Shown piece after piece: positions 23,501 to 34,080 of a stretch of DNA of 64,000 bases. Position 1 is the first letter of the stretch. Every line of letters begins with the position of its first letter. The DNA comes from Minisyncoccota bacterium (lineage in GTDB: Bacteria > Patescibacteriota > Minisyncoccia > Minisyncoccales > RBG-13-42-11). A program made the position numbers and the translations under genes. The stretch spans positions 4,987 through 68,986 of the forward strand of contig JBAZFF010000001.1 in assembly GCA_041653495.1 (NCBI GenBank), written 5' to 3'. Under the pieces are notes generated by a model that worked only from the letters and a program-made list of their open reading frames with translations, made no database searches and was not told where the DNA came from.

Positions 23501-24094
23501 TTATAGATATTTGATTTGTTTCTTAATCGCCTTGAATAAGTCGGAAACTATCTTTGATATATTCGCCAAATTAATCCCTACGTTGTTTAGTACGCTTTGG
23601 GGCGCCACGCTTATATTATACGTTATAGCATATGCGGTTTTCGGCTCATCCCCGACGACGGGGATCATCTTTGTCTCTACATTCATTGAGGAAGCAGAGT
23701 TATTAGTGAATATAAGGTAGATAACGCCGTCAGTAGCCATTCTTCTGCCGGGTTCCCCGCAGGCGAAATCCTCTCCCGTAGCAGCGTCTTTTATGGCAAG
23801 CCCGTCCTGGCAGGTTACTCTAAAGTCGAGAAAATCGGCATTTTTAACTTCCCAATTGAATTTCACATCTCCTTCATACAGAGAATCGGTCTTTGAATAT
23901 CCGCTTATCCAAAATTTAGGCTTTGCCACCGGGGTGGTCGGAAGCGGTTCTGCAAGACAAGCTCCGTTGCTGCAGCCGTTTGGGCATTCATAGCCTATTG
24001 AAGTCAGATTCCCTTCCTCATTACAATAAACTTCGTTTAGTTGGCGATTCGTCAGGCTATTGGAACAGCAATCGTTTGCAATACTATAGCCCAA
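23501..24094 (-). CDS. Hypothetical Cys-rich protein (possibly secreted)
   Basis: 197 aa with an N-terminal CC…C…C…C cluster. Last module before obg. Confidence 0.4.
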   Translation of the reverse strand: MGYSIANDCCSNSLTNRQLNEVYCNEEGNLTSIGYECPNGCSNGACLAEPLPTTPVAKPKFWISGYSKTDSLYEGDVKFNWEVKNADFLDFRVTCQDGLAIKDAATGEDFACGEPGRRMATDGVIYLIFTNNSASSMNVETKMIPVVGDEPKTAYAITYNISVAPQSVLNNVGINLANISKIVSDLFKAIKKQIKYL

Positions 24095-24101
24095 ACTGGC
24101 A

Positions 24102-25073
24102 TCAAACGCTTTCTTTCTGCTTTATTATTTCTCTTAACACTTCTTCCACCTTCTTTAAGCTCTTTTCGTCTATTATGGAAACGGGTAGCACTTTCTTCCC
24201 CGTCTTTTCCAAGAGAGCCACTTTCTTTTCAATGTCTTTCTCAGGAATCAAGTCTGCCTTGGCTAAAAGAATGTATTCGGGCTTTAATAAGAGTTCTTTA
24301 TTATGGGTCTCAAGCTCTTTTCTGATAACTTTATAATCTTCCAGGGGATCTGCAGAGTCGGCCGAGATAAAATGAAAGATGGTCTTGGTCCTTTCAATGT
24401 GCCTCAAAAACTTAATACCCAAACCCTTGCCCAAGGAAGCTCCCTCGATAAGCCCGGGGATGTCAGCTAGAATCAGCCCGTAATAAGACCCCAAATTGGG
24501 ATCCAGAGTAGTAAAAGGATAATTAGCCACTTTGCTGTTGGCCTTGGTAAGCTCGTTCAGTAAGCTGGATTTCCCGACATTCGGAAAACCGACGAATCCT
24601 ACATCGGCTATCATCTTTAATTCTAATCTCAGTTCGTATTCCTCCCCGAAACCGCCTTCTTTGAATTCCTGCGGACTCGTATTGGTGGAAGACCTGAATT
24701 TGAAGTTTCCCCTGCCGCCGTTGCCTCCCTTGGCCGCCAGCAATCTCTGCCCCACGGAAATTATTTCCGAATCTTCCTTCAAGGACAAATTATGGATGAC
24801 CGTTCCCACGGGTATTCTCAATATTAGGTCCCTTCCGTCTGCTCCGTCATGATTCTTCCCTTTGCCGTTCTCTCCGTCTTCAGCGGACAGCTCTTTCTTG
24901 TAAAGGAATTGGTTTAAAGTGCTTAAGTCGGAAACTCCTTCAAAATAAATATCCCCTCCTTTGCCTCCGTCTCCGCCGGTGGCTCCGAGAGACATTTTAA
25001 CCTTGCTGAAAGCCACGGCTCCCCTGCCGCCGTTCCCGGACTTTACTTTGATTTTAATGTCGTCAACTATCAT
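24102..25073 (-). CDS. obg: GTPase Obg/CgtA
   Basis: Gly-rich N-terminal Obg fold (GNGGRGAVAF, GGDGGKGGD) and GFPNVGKSSLLN G1 motif. Confidence 0.9.
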   Translation of the reverse strand: MIVDDIKIKVKSGNGGRGAVAFSKVKMSLGATGGDGGKGGDIYFEGVSDLSTLNQFLYKKELSAEDGENGKGKNHDGADGRDLILRIPVGTVIHNLSLKEDSEIISVGQRLLAAKGGNGGRGNFKFRSSTNTSPQEFKEGGFGEEYELRLELKMIADVGFVGFPNVGKSSLLNELTKANSKVANYPFTTLDPNLGSYYGLILADIPGLIEGASLGKGLGIKFLRHIERTKTIFHFISADSADPLEDYKVIRKELETHNKELLLKPEYILLAKADLIPEKDIEKKVALLEKTGKKVLPVSIIDEKSLKKVEEVLREIIKQKESV

Positions 25074-25184
25074 ATTCTCGGGCTGTCTTGTAATACCTTA
25101 TTATAGCTTTATTGCGGACATATTGATACTTACGCATTCTGCCACACGCTAATATAAAGCCCCGATAAATACATATCATCGGGG

Positions 25185-25448
25185 CTAGTTCCCATCCTCC
25201 TCGGATTTGAAGTGGCCTACTTTCTTCTGCCATAAAGGTTTCTTTACATCCAGCATCTTTGCGATGAATCTTAACAGCCTTATATTTTCCCCCTCAATTT
25301 TCACGTTAAGAGGAGAAACTCTGGAGACTTTTAACCTGTAATAAGGCGCTCTCTTTTCAACCAGCTCTAAAAACTCAGCAGCCGGTATCTCGTCATCGTC
25401 TTTGTCTGTTATTGAAAGATCAACGATCCTGAATTCTTCGTTCTCCAT
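25185..25448 (-). CDS. Hypothetical small protein
   Basis: 87-aa ORF. Confidence 0.3.
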   Translation of the reverse strand: MENEEFRIVDLSITDKDDDEIPAAEFLELVEKRAPYYRLKVSRVSPLNVKIEGENIRLLRFIAKMLDVKKPLWQKKVGHFKSEEDGN

Positions 25449-25615
25449 CTGGCACCTCCTTTCATATATAAGTTACGCCCGAACGGAAAAAGAATCAAAT
25501 TCTAAAATAAAATGTCTCCAGTGTGGTAGGCCACCGAAGACTTCAAATAAAGAAAGAAAATACTTTAAGGAGGAATGACTGACGAAAGGTTTACCAGCCT
25601 ACCCTGATAAATACA

Positions 25616-26134
25616 TTAGAGAAACAATCTGTTAAAGCATCTTACCTCTTTTACCTCTACGTCGCCAATGAGAGTCTTTTGGAAAGGGCCGTATGAAGCC
25701 TTGACCTGGATCCTCTTTCCCTCCAGGACCAGCGGCAACCAGGTCTTGTCTGCCAGCATAAGGTTGTCCGGCAGATTATTGAAATCAAACCAAGCAGGGT
25801 CAGCCATTTCATCTGTTTCTGACGGCTCCCCTTCCCATTTATAAAGGAAGAAAACATGGACCCGGCAGACAAAGGTCTTCCCTTCCGCAGTGGCATTGTG
25901 AAAATCTATTACAGCCACCTTAGAAAGATCCTTTGGTTTTGCCTTTACTCCCCCGCTCTCTTCTCTCAGCTCCCTTATGGCTGCTTCACTGGGGTTCTCG
26001 CGGAACTCTATCCCTCCGCCGTACCCGTTATAGCAGCCCTTGCCGATCTTCTTGGTCTTTAAAGCAAGCAGCACTTTACTATCTCTTATTAAATAGCAAA
26101 GCGTCGCGTTAAGCAGAACTTTTTCTTTTTCCAT
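25616..26134 (-). CDS. NUDIX hydrolase (MutT-like)
   Basis: Nudix box GGGIEFRENPSEAAIRELREESGG. Confidence 0.75.
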   Translation of the reverse strand: MEKEKVLLNATLCYLIRDSKVLLALKTKKIGKGCYNGYGGGIEFRENPSEAAIRELREESGGVKAKPKDLSKVAVIDFHNATAEGKTFVCRVHVFFLYKWEGEPSETDEMADPAWFDFNNLPDNLMLADKTWLPLVLEGKRIQVKASYGPFQKTLIGDVEVKEVRCFNRLFL

Positions 26135-26279
26135 AAGAACCTCCTTCTAACTGCCTTAAATCTATAACTAATTAATAAAAAATCAAGAGAGTGTCAATCC
26201 TAAAGTTTCCGCTCATTCAGCAATTCCCAAACAAATAAAAAGGCCGTTTTCGTAGAACGGCCTCGCTTTGAAATTGCAC

Positions 26280-26897
26280 TTACAGCGGTGATCCTATTAA
26301 AGCCTCCACCTTTGGAAGCACTGGCCGCAAATCGCAGAATGATACTCTTAACGACGAGTAGCCATTTATCAGTTGATAAGCAATGTACCTGCCGTCGCAG
26401 AGTTCCGATAATCCGCAATATCCCATAAATTCTTCCCATTCCCTTTGGTCTATCAATGAAACCCCGTAGAAATGGAAAGACCTTCCCGAGGAAAGAATGG
26501 CTCCTCTGTATCCCTTGTGCTTGAAGAAATATATTGCATCAGCCAGAAGCTTTTCTCTGTCCTCTTTCTGAGCCAGATCCATCATCGGGATGTGAAGTAT
26601 TCTATTTTTCTCAACGCGGACTTCAGACATTATAGCCAGGACCGTCCCCGGTTCCAGATGGTCTATTATGTGAAGAATCTGACTAGCTGAGATAACATCT
26701 TTTCTCCTCATCTGAATGATTCTCCCCTTGGTCTCCTTGGGATTATCGTTGCGGAGTAGACGCGTGAGAGATTGCCCTTCGGGCAACTCGATCACGTTTT
26801 CCTTGGGCGTATAGACATAGAAGCTCAAGGCCTGGATGGCAGTGTTCTTTTCCACTATTTCAGCTATCACGTTAATGATGTCCATCCCTACTTCCAT
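26280..26897 (-). CDS. Hypothetical protein
   Basis: 205-aa ORF. Confidence 0.4.
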   Translation of the reverse strand: MEVGMDIINVIAEIVEKNTAIQALSFYVYTPKENVIELPEGQSLTRLLRNDNPKETKGRIIQMRRKDVISASQILHIIDHLEPGTVLAIMSEVRVEKNRILHIPMMDLAQKEDREKLLADAIYFFKHKGYRGAILSSGRSFHFYGVSLIDQREWEEFMGYCGLSELCDGRYIAYQLINGYSSLRVSFCDLRPVLPKVEALIGSPL

Positions 26898-26901
26898 TGA
26901 A

Positions 26902-27504
26902 TTATTCCTCCCTTATTTCTTTCTTCTTTACTCCTTGGCTCCTTACCGTTTTCCGGAAGGATTCCAACAGATCTCTTGAAGCTTCCAGGCTGAGGGGCGG
27001 CAACCCCTCAATAAATCTTTCAAAGATGTTCATCCAGAAAAGTTCGGATGCTTTTCCCCAGGTCATTATCTCGAAGTGCGCATCGTAATTGTGCCAAGCA
27101 GCCCTGCATTTTAAACAAAGGCAGGTCTTTGACGCCTCTTCCTTCGTCTTTGGCTGCCTGATAGCGAATTCGGCTTTCCCCCCGCATTTTATACAAGGAA
27201 GATTATAAGAAGCTATCTTCTTATCTGGCGTAAAGTCAGAAGCCTCACACGGTCCTTCAGCTTTAGCTTTTATCTTTTGGGCCTGCGAGAGGATTTTTTG
27301 CACCCAGTCGCTAGGAATCAAATTCTTCTTAAGGGCTTGATCAAGGGTATATTTATGACCCCGGGGGCAATGGAATATAACTGATTCCAAGCTCACAATC
27401 TCACTGTTTGTGTTCACGTAAGACTTAAAGCTGGCTATAGGCCATGTTTCTCCCTTTATACACTTCATATTCATTTCTATAGTCATATCTTCCTCCTGAG
27501 ACAT
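26902..27504 (-). CDS. Hypothetical Cys-rich zinc-ribbon protein
   Basis: Several CxxC pairs (CPRGH, CIKCGG, CLCLKC). Confidence 0.4.
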   Translation of the reverse strand: MSQEEDMTIEMNMKCIKGETWPIASFKSYVNTNSEIVSLESVIFHCPRGHKYTLDQALKKNLIPSDWVQKILSQAQKIKAKAEGPCEASDFTPDKKIASYNLPCIKCGGKAEFAIRQPKTKEEASKTCLCLKCRAAWHNYDAHFEIMTWGKASELFWMNIFERFIEGLPPLSLEASRDLLESFRKTVRSQGVKKKEIREE

Positions 27505-27670
27505 TATTCTCTATATATAGTTCTAAAGGAACCAGATTTGTGAATAGTCTACTCTAAAACAATCGCCGCTAAAGTCAATAGAAGATGCCTATCTTTATAA
27601 TCTGCCTTCCACGACCATAAGTGAGAACTCTTTTGGCCCTTGCTGGCTTAAGATCTTTCGTTCAATTAAA

Positions 27671-27701
27671 AAAGGCTGAACCGCATAACGATTCAGCCTT
27701 T
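27671..27701 (+). terminator. Terminator GGCTGAA-ccgcataacga-TTCAGCC
   Basis: A-run, hairpin and T-rich tract. Confidence 0.5.
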
Positions 27702-27718
27702 CATAGTTAAAGTACAAT

Positions 27719-28549
27719 TTAGAATTCCAGCTCCATAGCCGTAGCCTCAGGATAGTCTATGTGGCTCCTGAGCCTTTCTCTTCCGGAAGTCTTCCGGGAA
27801 GATTTGAGAACAGAGTATAGTCCCCCCTTCCGATGAAGCTTGAGGACTTTCTTGGCCATATATTCCGGATCTTCGGTCCAGGAAAATCGGACGAATCCGT
27901 CGGAAAAAATGATTAACCTTTTGATCCTGCTGGTCTCAAGGCTGAAGGTTGCGGCTACCTTCTCGAAATCATCTTCTCCGTTGATCAGGGCGTAAGTGCT
28001 ATTCACGTTTTGTTTACGCTCTCTGGCAAGAATCGGGAATAATTCCTTCCACATTTCCTGCCGATTTCCCCTGTGCTCTTTCATCAACGAGCTTATGATA
28101 TTTCTCAACCTCTGCTCGTAATCAAATGTCTGGCTCGGAGTCGCTCCGCATTCTCCGTCTTTCATTTCCCAAACACAGAGGCAATCTGCTCCCTGGATTA
28201 TCTCGGTATTTAAGTCCCCGATTCTTAGCGCCACAAATGCCGCAGAAAGCTTATGCCCCGGTCCGAGCAAGGTATATTCGCTTCCCTGGCAGACCTTTAG
28301 GGCAAGATTTGCCTTCTTTAACACATTCAGCAGCGATTCTTTCTCCTCCGCCCTCTCAAAAGTCTTCCTGAGTATCTCGGAAGCTAACTGGCCTCCAGTT
28401 CTTCCTTTAAATGTTCTCGGAACGTCCGTATATAATCCGCTGACGCCGTCAAACACTCCGGCAAATGGAAACCTGAAGATATGCCCGTCTTCTGCTATTT
28501 TCGCGCTTCCCTGACAATATAAATGGCTTTCCCTTACTGAAATTCCCAC
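27719..28549 (-). CDS. PP2C-family Ser/Thr protein phosphatase
   Basis: FAGVFDGVSG matches the PP2C motif FGVFDGHGG, with downstream D/G metal-binding residues. Confidence 0.6.
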   Translation of the reverse strand: MGISVRESHLYCQGSAKIAEDGHIFRFPFAGVFDGVSGLYTDVPRTFKGRTGGQLASEILRKTFERAEEKESLLNVLKKANLALKVCQGSEYTLLGPGHKLSAAFVALRIGDLNTEIIQGADCLCVWEMKDGECGATPSQTFDYEQRLRNIISSLMKEHRGNRQEMWKELFPILARERKQNVNSTYALINGEDDFEKVAATFSLETSRIKRLIIFSDGFVRFSWTEDPEYMAKKVLKLHRKGGLYSVLKSSRKTSGRERLRSHIDYPEATAMELEF

Positions 28550-28670
28550 AGAACACTGCTCCTCTCTTTGAAAATCATTCTATCGCACAATTACTCTAAA
28601 CTGTTTTAATCCGAAAGTCAAGCTGTGTTTATAGCTCCAACCAAACAAAAAACCAGCCTAGCGGCCGGCT

Positions 28671-29849
28671 TTATCTTCTTCTCCTGCTGTGATAGACCAT
28701 CCTCGGTTTCGCAAACTGCCTGCCAAGGCCCGGAATCGTAGACACATTCAGTTTCTTTTTTATAAGCCATTCTATAGCTCTAAGCTCAGCCTGTTCCGAT
28801 GGCATGACGAAAGAGATGGCTATGCCTTTATTTCCTGCCCGAGCGGTTCTTCCTATTCGGTGGACGTAATCTTCCGCCTGGGAAGGCAAGTCGTAATTGA
28901 TGACCACTTCTATCCCGGCCACGTCTATCCCCCTGGCCATTATATCCGTTGCGACAAGGACTTTATATTTTCCTGATTTAAAGCCGTCCAGAGCCATTTT
29001 CCTCTGGCCGAAAGTCCTGTCTGAATGCATTTCCGCCGCCTGGTACCCCATTTGAGATATTGCCTTTGCAACCTTGTGGGCTCCGTATCTGGTTCTGGCA
29101 AAAACCAAGGCTGATCCCGCATGCCTTGACAATATCTTTTCCAGCAGTATGATCTTTTCTTCCTTTGAAACTATAAAAATATCCTGGGATACGGTTTCAA
29201 CCGTCGTCCCGGCCGGAGCTATCTCAATCCTGACGGGAAGCTTCATTTCGGCAGAAGCGATTTTCATGACGTCGGAAGACAGAGTGGCGGAAAAAAGCAT
29301 CGTCTGCCTTTCTTTCGGAACAACTTTTAGAATTTCCTTTATCTGGGGCAAAAAGCCCATGTCCAACATGCGGTCAGCTTCGTCTAAGACAAGGATGTTC
29401 ACCTTAGAAAGACTGGCCGTCCTTTGGTGCAAATGGTCTATCAGCCTTCCGGGCGTTGCGACAATAATGTCGGGATTCCTGCGAAGATCTGATATTTGGG
29501 GCCTGATGGGGACACCCCCTATCAAGACTGCCGTCTTTAAGCCGATGGTATTCCCCAGCCTGTGAAGCTGGAGGTCTGTCTGCATGGCCAACTCCCTGGT
29601 CGGAGAAAGAACCAATCCCATGCCCTTGGTCTGGGCCAGGCGCTGGATCATCGGTATTCCGAAAGCCAGGGTCTTTCCTGTCCCTGTTTGAGCGACTCCC
29701 ACTATGTCTTTCCCCTCAATAGCGACTGCGATTGACTGGTGCTGGATGGGAGTGGGCTTTACATAAGAAAGCTTTCTCAATATCTCAAGCATGCCGGGAG
29801 CTATCCCTAATCCGTAAAATGTTAAATCTTCTTTTTTATTATTATCCAT
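28671..29849 (-). CDS. DEAD-box ATP-dependent RNA helicase
   Basis: Q-motif PTPIQ, AQTGTGKT, DEAD, SAT, HRIGRTAR. Confidence 0.9.
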   Translation of the reverse strand: MDNNKKEDLTFYGLGIAPGMLEILRKLSYVKPTPIQHQSIAVAIEGKDIVGVAQTGTGKTLAFGIPMIQRLAQTKGMGLVLSPTRELAMQTDLQLHRLGNTIGLKTAVLIGGVPIRPQISDLRRNPDIIVATPGRLIDHLHQRTASLSKVNILVLDEADRMLDMGFLPQIKEILKVVPKERQTMLFSATLSSDVMKIASAEMKLPVRIEIAPAGTTVETVSQDIFIVSKEEKIILLEKILSRHAGSALVFARTRYGAHKVAKAISQMGYQAAEMHSDRTFGQRKMALDGFKSGKYKVLVATDIMARGIDVAGIEVVINYDLPSQAEDYVHRIGRTARAGNKGIAISFVMPSEQAELRAIEWLIKKKLNVSTIPGLGRQFAKPRMVYHSRRRR

Positions 29850-29852
29850 ATA

Positions 29853-31637
29853 TTATTCTCTCCTTGCCTTTGATCTCTCGTTCTCTGCCAAATATTTCTT
29901 CCTGAGCCTTACGGACTTTGGAGTCACCTCCAAATACTCATCTTTGTCCATAACCTCCAATCCGCTTTCAATAGAAAGCGTTCTCGGAGGCGTAAGCTTA
30001 ATAGCGTCATCCGAACCGGCAGCTCTCATGTTGGTCAAGTGCTTGCCGCGAATCGGATTCACGACCATCTGGACTCCTTTGGAGGTATCTCCTATTACCA
30101 TGCCTTCGTAAACTTCAATATTGGCTCCGACATACAGATTCCCCCTGAGCTGCAGATTATCCAGAGACCAAGCGAGAGTCTTTCCGGTAAATCCGGAAAT
30201 CATGGAGCCTGCCTGCCTGTGTTCTATTTCTCCCACATGGGGGCGATAGCCTATAACCCTGGTAGACAGTATTCCCTCTCCTTTAGTATCCATAATAAAC
30301 TGGTTCCTGTATCCGAATAATCCCCTGGTCGGTCCTTCAAAACTCATTACAGCCCTTCCTCCTTCCAGTTTCATCTGCAGCATCTGGGCCGCCCTCATGC
30401 CAAGCCTTTCAATAACTATCCCTTGGCATTCCTCCGGAACATCGGCAATAATCTCTTCAAAAGGCTCGTGGTCCTTCCCGTCAATCTTCTTGATAATAAC
30501 CTGGGGTTGGGAAACCTGAAGCTCGTATCCCTCCCTTCTCATGTTCTCAATCAGAATGGCAATATGCAGTTCCCCCCTGCCCCTGACGACAAACCTGTCG
30601 GCAGACTGGGAAAAATCTATTTTCAATCCGACATTGACTTCAAGCTCTTTCTCCAGCCTCTCCCTAAGATGCCTGCTTGTCACGTACTTTCCTTCCTTTC
30701 CGGCGAAAGGAGAATCATTCACCAGGAAATTCAATTCTATCGTCGGTTCGTCCACGGAAATGTCCTCCAGCAAGGGCTCTTCTAGAAGCTTAGATAGCGT
30801 ATCTCCTATGTAGACGTCGGGCAATCCTGCAATCATGGCAATGTCCCCGGCAGAAATGCTTTCCGCCTCTTTCCTGTGCACGCCCTCGAAAGTAAACAAT
30901 TTAGTAATCTTATAGCTCTTGCTCTCGCCCGAATGCTTTTTCAAATAAACAGCATCTCCTAATTTTGTCGTCCCCTTGTAAACCCTGACTATTGCCATCC
31001 TGCCCAAAAAGTTATCATAGGCCAGATTGAAGGCCTGGGCGGAGAACGGCTGTTCAATGTCTTTTGAAGCGACGGGAACGTGCTTTAAGACCATGTCTAA
31101 AACAGGAGTTATGTCCTTTGCTTCGTCCGATAAATTATTCTTAGCTAATCCGTCCCTGGCTATTGCATATACCACGGGGAAATCCAATTGCTTGTTGTCT
31201 GCCCCCAGTTCAGCAAACAGCTCAAAAACCTCTTCATGAACCCTGTTCGGGTCGGCAGCGGGCTTGTCTATCTTGTTTATGATCAATATCGGCCTCAACC
31301 CCAATTCCAAAGACTTCTTCAAAACAAACCTCGTTTGGGGCATCGGCCCTTCCTGGGCGTCCACTACCAGCAAAACAGAATCAATTGACTTTAGGACCCT
31401 TTCCACTTCCGAACCGAAATCGGCGTGTCCCGGAGTATCCACGATATTGATTTTCGTCCCCTTGTAGAAAACAGTGGCATTCTTTGAATATATGGTAATG
31501 CCGCGCTCTTTTTCGAGTGCGTTTGAATCCATGCTCTCTCCGGTTTCCATCGCTCCCGTATATCTCAAGATGGCGTCCGTAAGCATTGTTTTACCATGGT
31601 CTACATGGGCTATTATTGCTATGTTTCTGATCTCCAT
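29853..31637 (-). CDS. typA: Translational GTPase TypA/BipA
   Basis: [15 protein letters not shown] and DTPGHADF motifs, about 595 aa. The probable start is MEIRNIA; the track ORF extends to 31661. Confidence 0.9.
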   Translation of the reverse strand: MEIRNIAIIAHVDHGKTMLTDAILRYTGAMETGESMDSNALEKERGITIYSKNATVFYKGTKINIVDTPGHADFGSEVERVLKSIDSVLLVVDAQEGPMPQTRFVLKKSLELGLRPILIINKIDKPAADPNRVHEEVFELFAELGADNKQLDFPVVYAIARDGLAKNNLSDEAKDITPVLDMVLKHVPVASKDIEQPFSAQAFNLAYDNFLGRMAIVRVYKGTTKLGDAVYLKKHSGESKSYKITKLFTFEGVHRKEAESISAGDIAMIAGLPDVYIGDTLSKLLEEPLLEDISVDEPTIELNFLVNDSPFAGKEGKYVTSRHLRERLEKELEVNVGLKIDFSQSADRFVVRGRGELHIAILIENMRREGYELQVSQPQVIIKKIDGKDHEPFEEIIADVPEECQGIVIERLGMRAAQMLQMKLEGGRAVMSFEGPTRGLFGYRNQFIMDTKGEGILSTRVIGYRPHVGEIEHRQAGSMISGFTGKTLAWSLDNLQLRGNLYVGANIEVYEGMVIGDTSKGVQMVVNPIRGKHLTNMRAAGSDDAIKLTPPRTLSIESGLEVMDKDEYLEVTPKSVRLRKKYLAENERSKARRE

Positions 31638-31785
31638 ATAAATAAAAAATCTTCTCGGCAACGCAAGAAGATTGCATAAATAAGTAAGAATTTATCTCTC
31701 TGCGGTCGCTTGATTCGTTTAGGATACCATATTTTAACAAAAAGTCAAAATAAAATAGCCCGTCAGGGCTACTTTATCAAATATC

Positions 31786-31983
31786 TTATATTTTCTTTAC
31801 GTTCACGGCGTTAGGTCCCTTGGGAGAATCTCCTTTCTCGAAAGACACTCTGTCGCCCACCTGCAAGTCTTCGAAATTTACGTCTTTCAACTCGTTCTTG
31901 TGAAAGAATAAATCCTTTTCTTCACCGTCTACGGTGATGAACCCGAAGCCCTTGTCTATGAGGTTTTTAATTGTTCCTTCCAT
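31786..31983 (-). CDS. cspA: Cold-shock protein (CspA family)
   Basis: GTIKNLIDKGFGFI RNP1-like motif; 65 aa. Confidence 0.85.
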   Translation of the reverse strand: MEGTIKNLIDKGFGFITVDGEEKDLFFHKNELKDVNFEDLQVGDRVSFEKGDSPKGPNAVNVKKI

Positions 31984-32111
31984 GTTAAATAGGATGTTTA
32001 TAATATGAAAAACTCGACTAAATTTTCAACAAGGTCATATTAGCACAATCTGCAAATTAATCAACAAATAAAGAGACAAAGAACCGCAGGACAAGCCTGC
32101 GGCATTTTATG

Positions 32112-33497
32112 CTATTCTGCCAGGTCTATCATCGGCACGCTTATTTCCTGTTCCATCATTCCCCCGACCAAGGGGACTACGACATCGCTCCCGTAATAAT
32201 ATTTGTAGTTCTCAATGTTCTCAACCGGGAAGATCAGCGAAGGGACCAGCAGTTCAAAAGATTCGCTGCCGTCGTACTTCCAAGTCTGCACTAATGCGTA
32301 AATGGGGGTTCCCATCCTTATTTCCACGGTCTTTGCGGCCTGCTCGTAAACGTAGCTTCCCTGGATTCCTCCTTTTTTGGCGTAGGAAATGATCTGTTCC
32401 TTGGTCAGATCTGAATCGTAATCGGAGCTCTGGAAATTCCCTGCGTTTATATTGCTGACGTTGGCCACTTTTCCCGTTCTGAAATCCACCACCACATTCA
32501 GCCCGTATTTGTATCCCGACTGGCTGTAAACGTCATTCCCTTCTATCTGCAGAGGATAAACTACAGTGGCCGACTCTGTAATCGCGTCCTCAATGTTTGC
32601 ATGCCCGATTACTTCTCCGCTCCCGAAGGCGGAGTGGTCTATATTGTAATTCGAAAGAAACTTATCCGCTATCTCTATAGCCTTGGAATCGGGCAACTGG
32701 GCAAAGGATGACTGCTGGTTTTCCCTGCCGTCATAATACCCGGGCCACTTTTCCCAGTTTTGGCCAATGTACACAATATTCTCTTTAGGATATGCGTATA
32801 AAATGTATCCTTGATCCTTATCCTCGGATATCTGAATGCTGTCCACCTTTAAATTGCTGAACTTGCCGATATCGACTCCGTCCAGTTTTATCCCTTTTAG
32901 CAGGCCGGATAAGGAATCATTGTATTCCAAAGTCTTCTTGTAAACCGTCACCTTTCCGTTCTGGATGTCGAAATCCTCTCCCGCATAAACATATTCGTAA
33001 TTCACCAGATCCGGAAACACCATAGATGTCTCGCTGTCTAGGGCAGACGGAGCGCTCTTGGAATCGTTCCCGTCGCCAGCTCCTCCTAATCCGAATTTCT
33101 CTGAGCTGCCTATGTAATCCTGGGCGCTTTCCTCGGATGAATCTGCCGAGAACGTGATTTCTCCGAAGGCATTGTCCTTCGCCCTGTCCACCACCAGGCC
33201 TTGTATCGATTGCTCGGGAAGGTTGATAAAAGATATTAAAGCCAGCAGAATCACCGCTGTTCCGGCAAAAGCGTAAGACAATTTGCTGAATGAAAATCTA
33301 GGTCTTTCCTCTCTTAATGATTTCGACATTTCCAAAACCCTGGCCCTGAGGCTGGAAACGAAATTCTCGTCTATCGCGCTGTCCGGCTTTGAAAGCAGAA
33401 GCTCCTGGATCAGCTTTATTAAATATTCCTCCTGGGGCTGCAGGCTCTTATCAATGGAATATATGTCTTTTAATATTTGTTTTATTTTCTTATCCAT
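32112..33497 (-). CDS. Putative anti-sigma factor / membrane-anchored regulator
   Basis: Lies downstream of an ECF sigma gene; single TM near residue 80-100 with a large extracytoplasmic domain. Confidence 0.4.
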   Translation of the reverse strand: MDKKIKQILKDIYSIDKSLQPQEEYLIKLIQELLLSKPDSAIDENFVSSLRARVLEMSKSLREERPRFSFSKLSYAFAGTAVILLALISFINLPEQSIQGLVVDRAKDNAFGEITFSADSSEESAQDYIGSSEKFGLGGAGDGNDSKSAPSALDSETSMVFPDLVNYEYVYAGEDFDIQNGKVTVYKKTLEYNDSLSGLLKGIKLDGVDIGKFSNLKVDSIQISEDKDQGYILYAYPKENIVYIGQNWEKWPGYYDGRENQQSSFAQLPDSKAIEIADKFLSNYNIDHSAFGSGEVIGHANIEDAITESATVVYPLQIEGNDVYSQSGYKYGLNVVVDFRTGKVANVSNINAGNFQSSDYDSDLTKEQIISYAKKGGIQGSYVYEQAAKTVEIRMGTPIYALVQTWKYDGSESFELLVPSLIFPVENIENYKYYYGSDVVVPLVGGMMEQEISVPMIDLAE

Positions 33498-33521
33498 ACA
33501 CTGTTTAATACGCCGCTTAAT

Positions 33522-34076
33522 CTAAAAAAGTAACAGGGACAGAAAAGCGGAAAGGGGCATGTCTTCCCTGAGCTTCTTCATGGTCCTTGAGAACAGCACT
33601 TTGCAGTTGTTCTCCGTCTTTCCCATAATCTCGGCTATCTCCCTGTAGGAATAATCCCCCCAGACTCTCAGGAGCACTACTTCCCTCTGTTCCGGCTTCA
33701 ACGCTTTCAGATATTTCCTGACCTTCTGCAGCTTCTGGGCGGCTTCTATATCCCTCTCTATGTCCGTATCGTCTGCCAAATCCCACACATCCTCCACGTT
33801 GATATTGGATTTCCTGGTCCTGTAGAAATCAATTACGTTATTCCTGGCTATGGCATAAAGCCAGGAGGAAAAAGATCCTCTCTCCCCGTCAAAGTCGGAA
33901 AGCTTGTTCAGAGCCTTCGCGAAAGTCTGGCTGGTAAGGTCCTCCGCAGTCTCTTTGTGGTGGGTCTTGTAATAAATGAAATTATAAATTCGCCTTACGT
34001 ATTTATCGTAAACTCCCCCGAAATCTTCAATTTTTACCGTTTGGGCCATATTAAAAGAATACGAAAAAAGCGGCAA
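33522..34076 (-). CDS. RNA polymerase sigma-70 factor, ECF subfamily
   Basis: Region 2 (FSSWLYAIARNNVIDFYR) and region 4 (YSYREIAEIMGKTENNCKVLFSRTMKKLRE). The start is probably MAQTV at 34049. Confidence 0.8.
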   Translation of the reverse strand: MPLFSYSFNMAQTVKIEDFGGVYDKYVRRIYNFIYYKTHHKETAEDLTSQTFAKALNKLSDFDGERGSFSSWLYAIARNNVIDFYRTRKSNINVEDVWDLADDTDIERDIEAAQKLQKVRKYLKALKPEQREVVLLRVWGDYSYREIAEIMGKTENNCKVLFSRTMKKLREDMPLSAFLSLLLF

Positions 34077-34080
34077 AAAG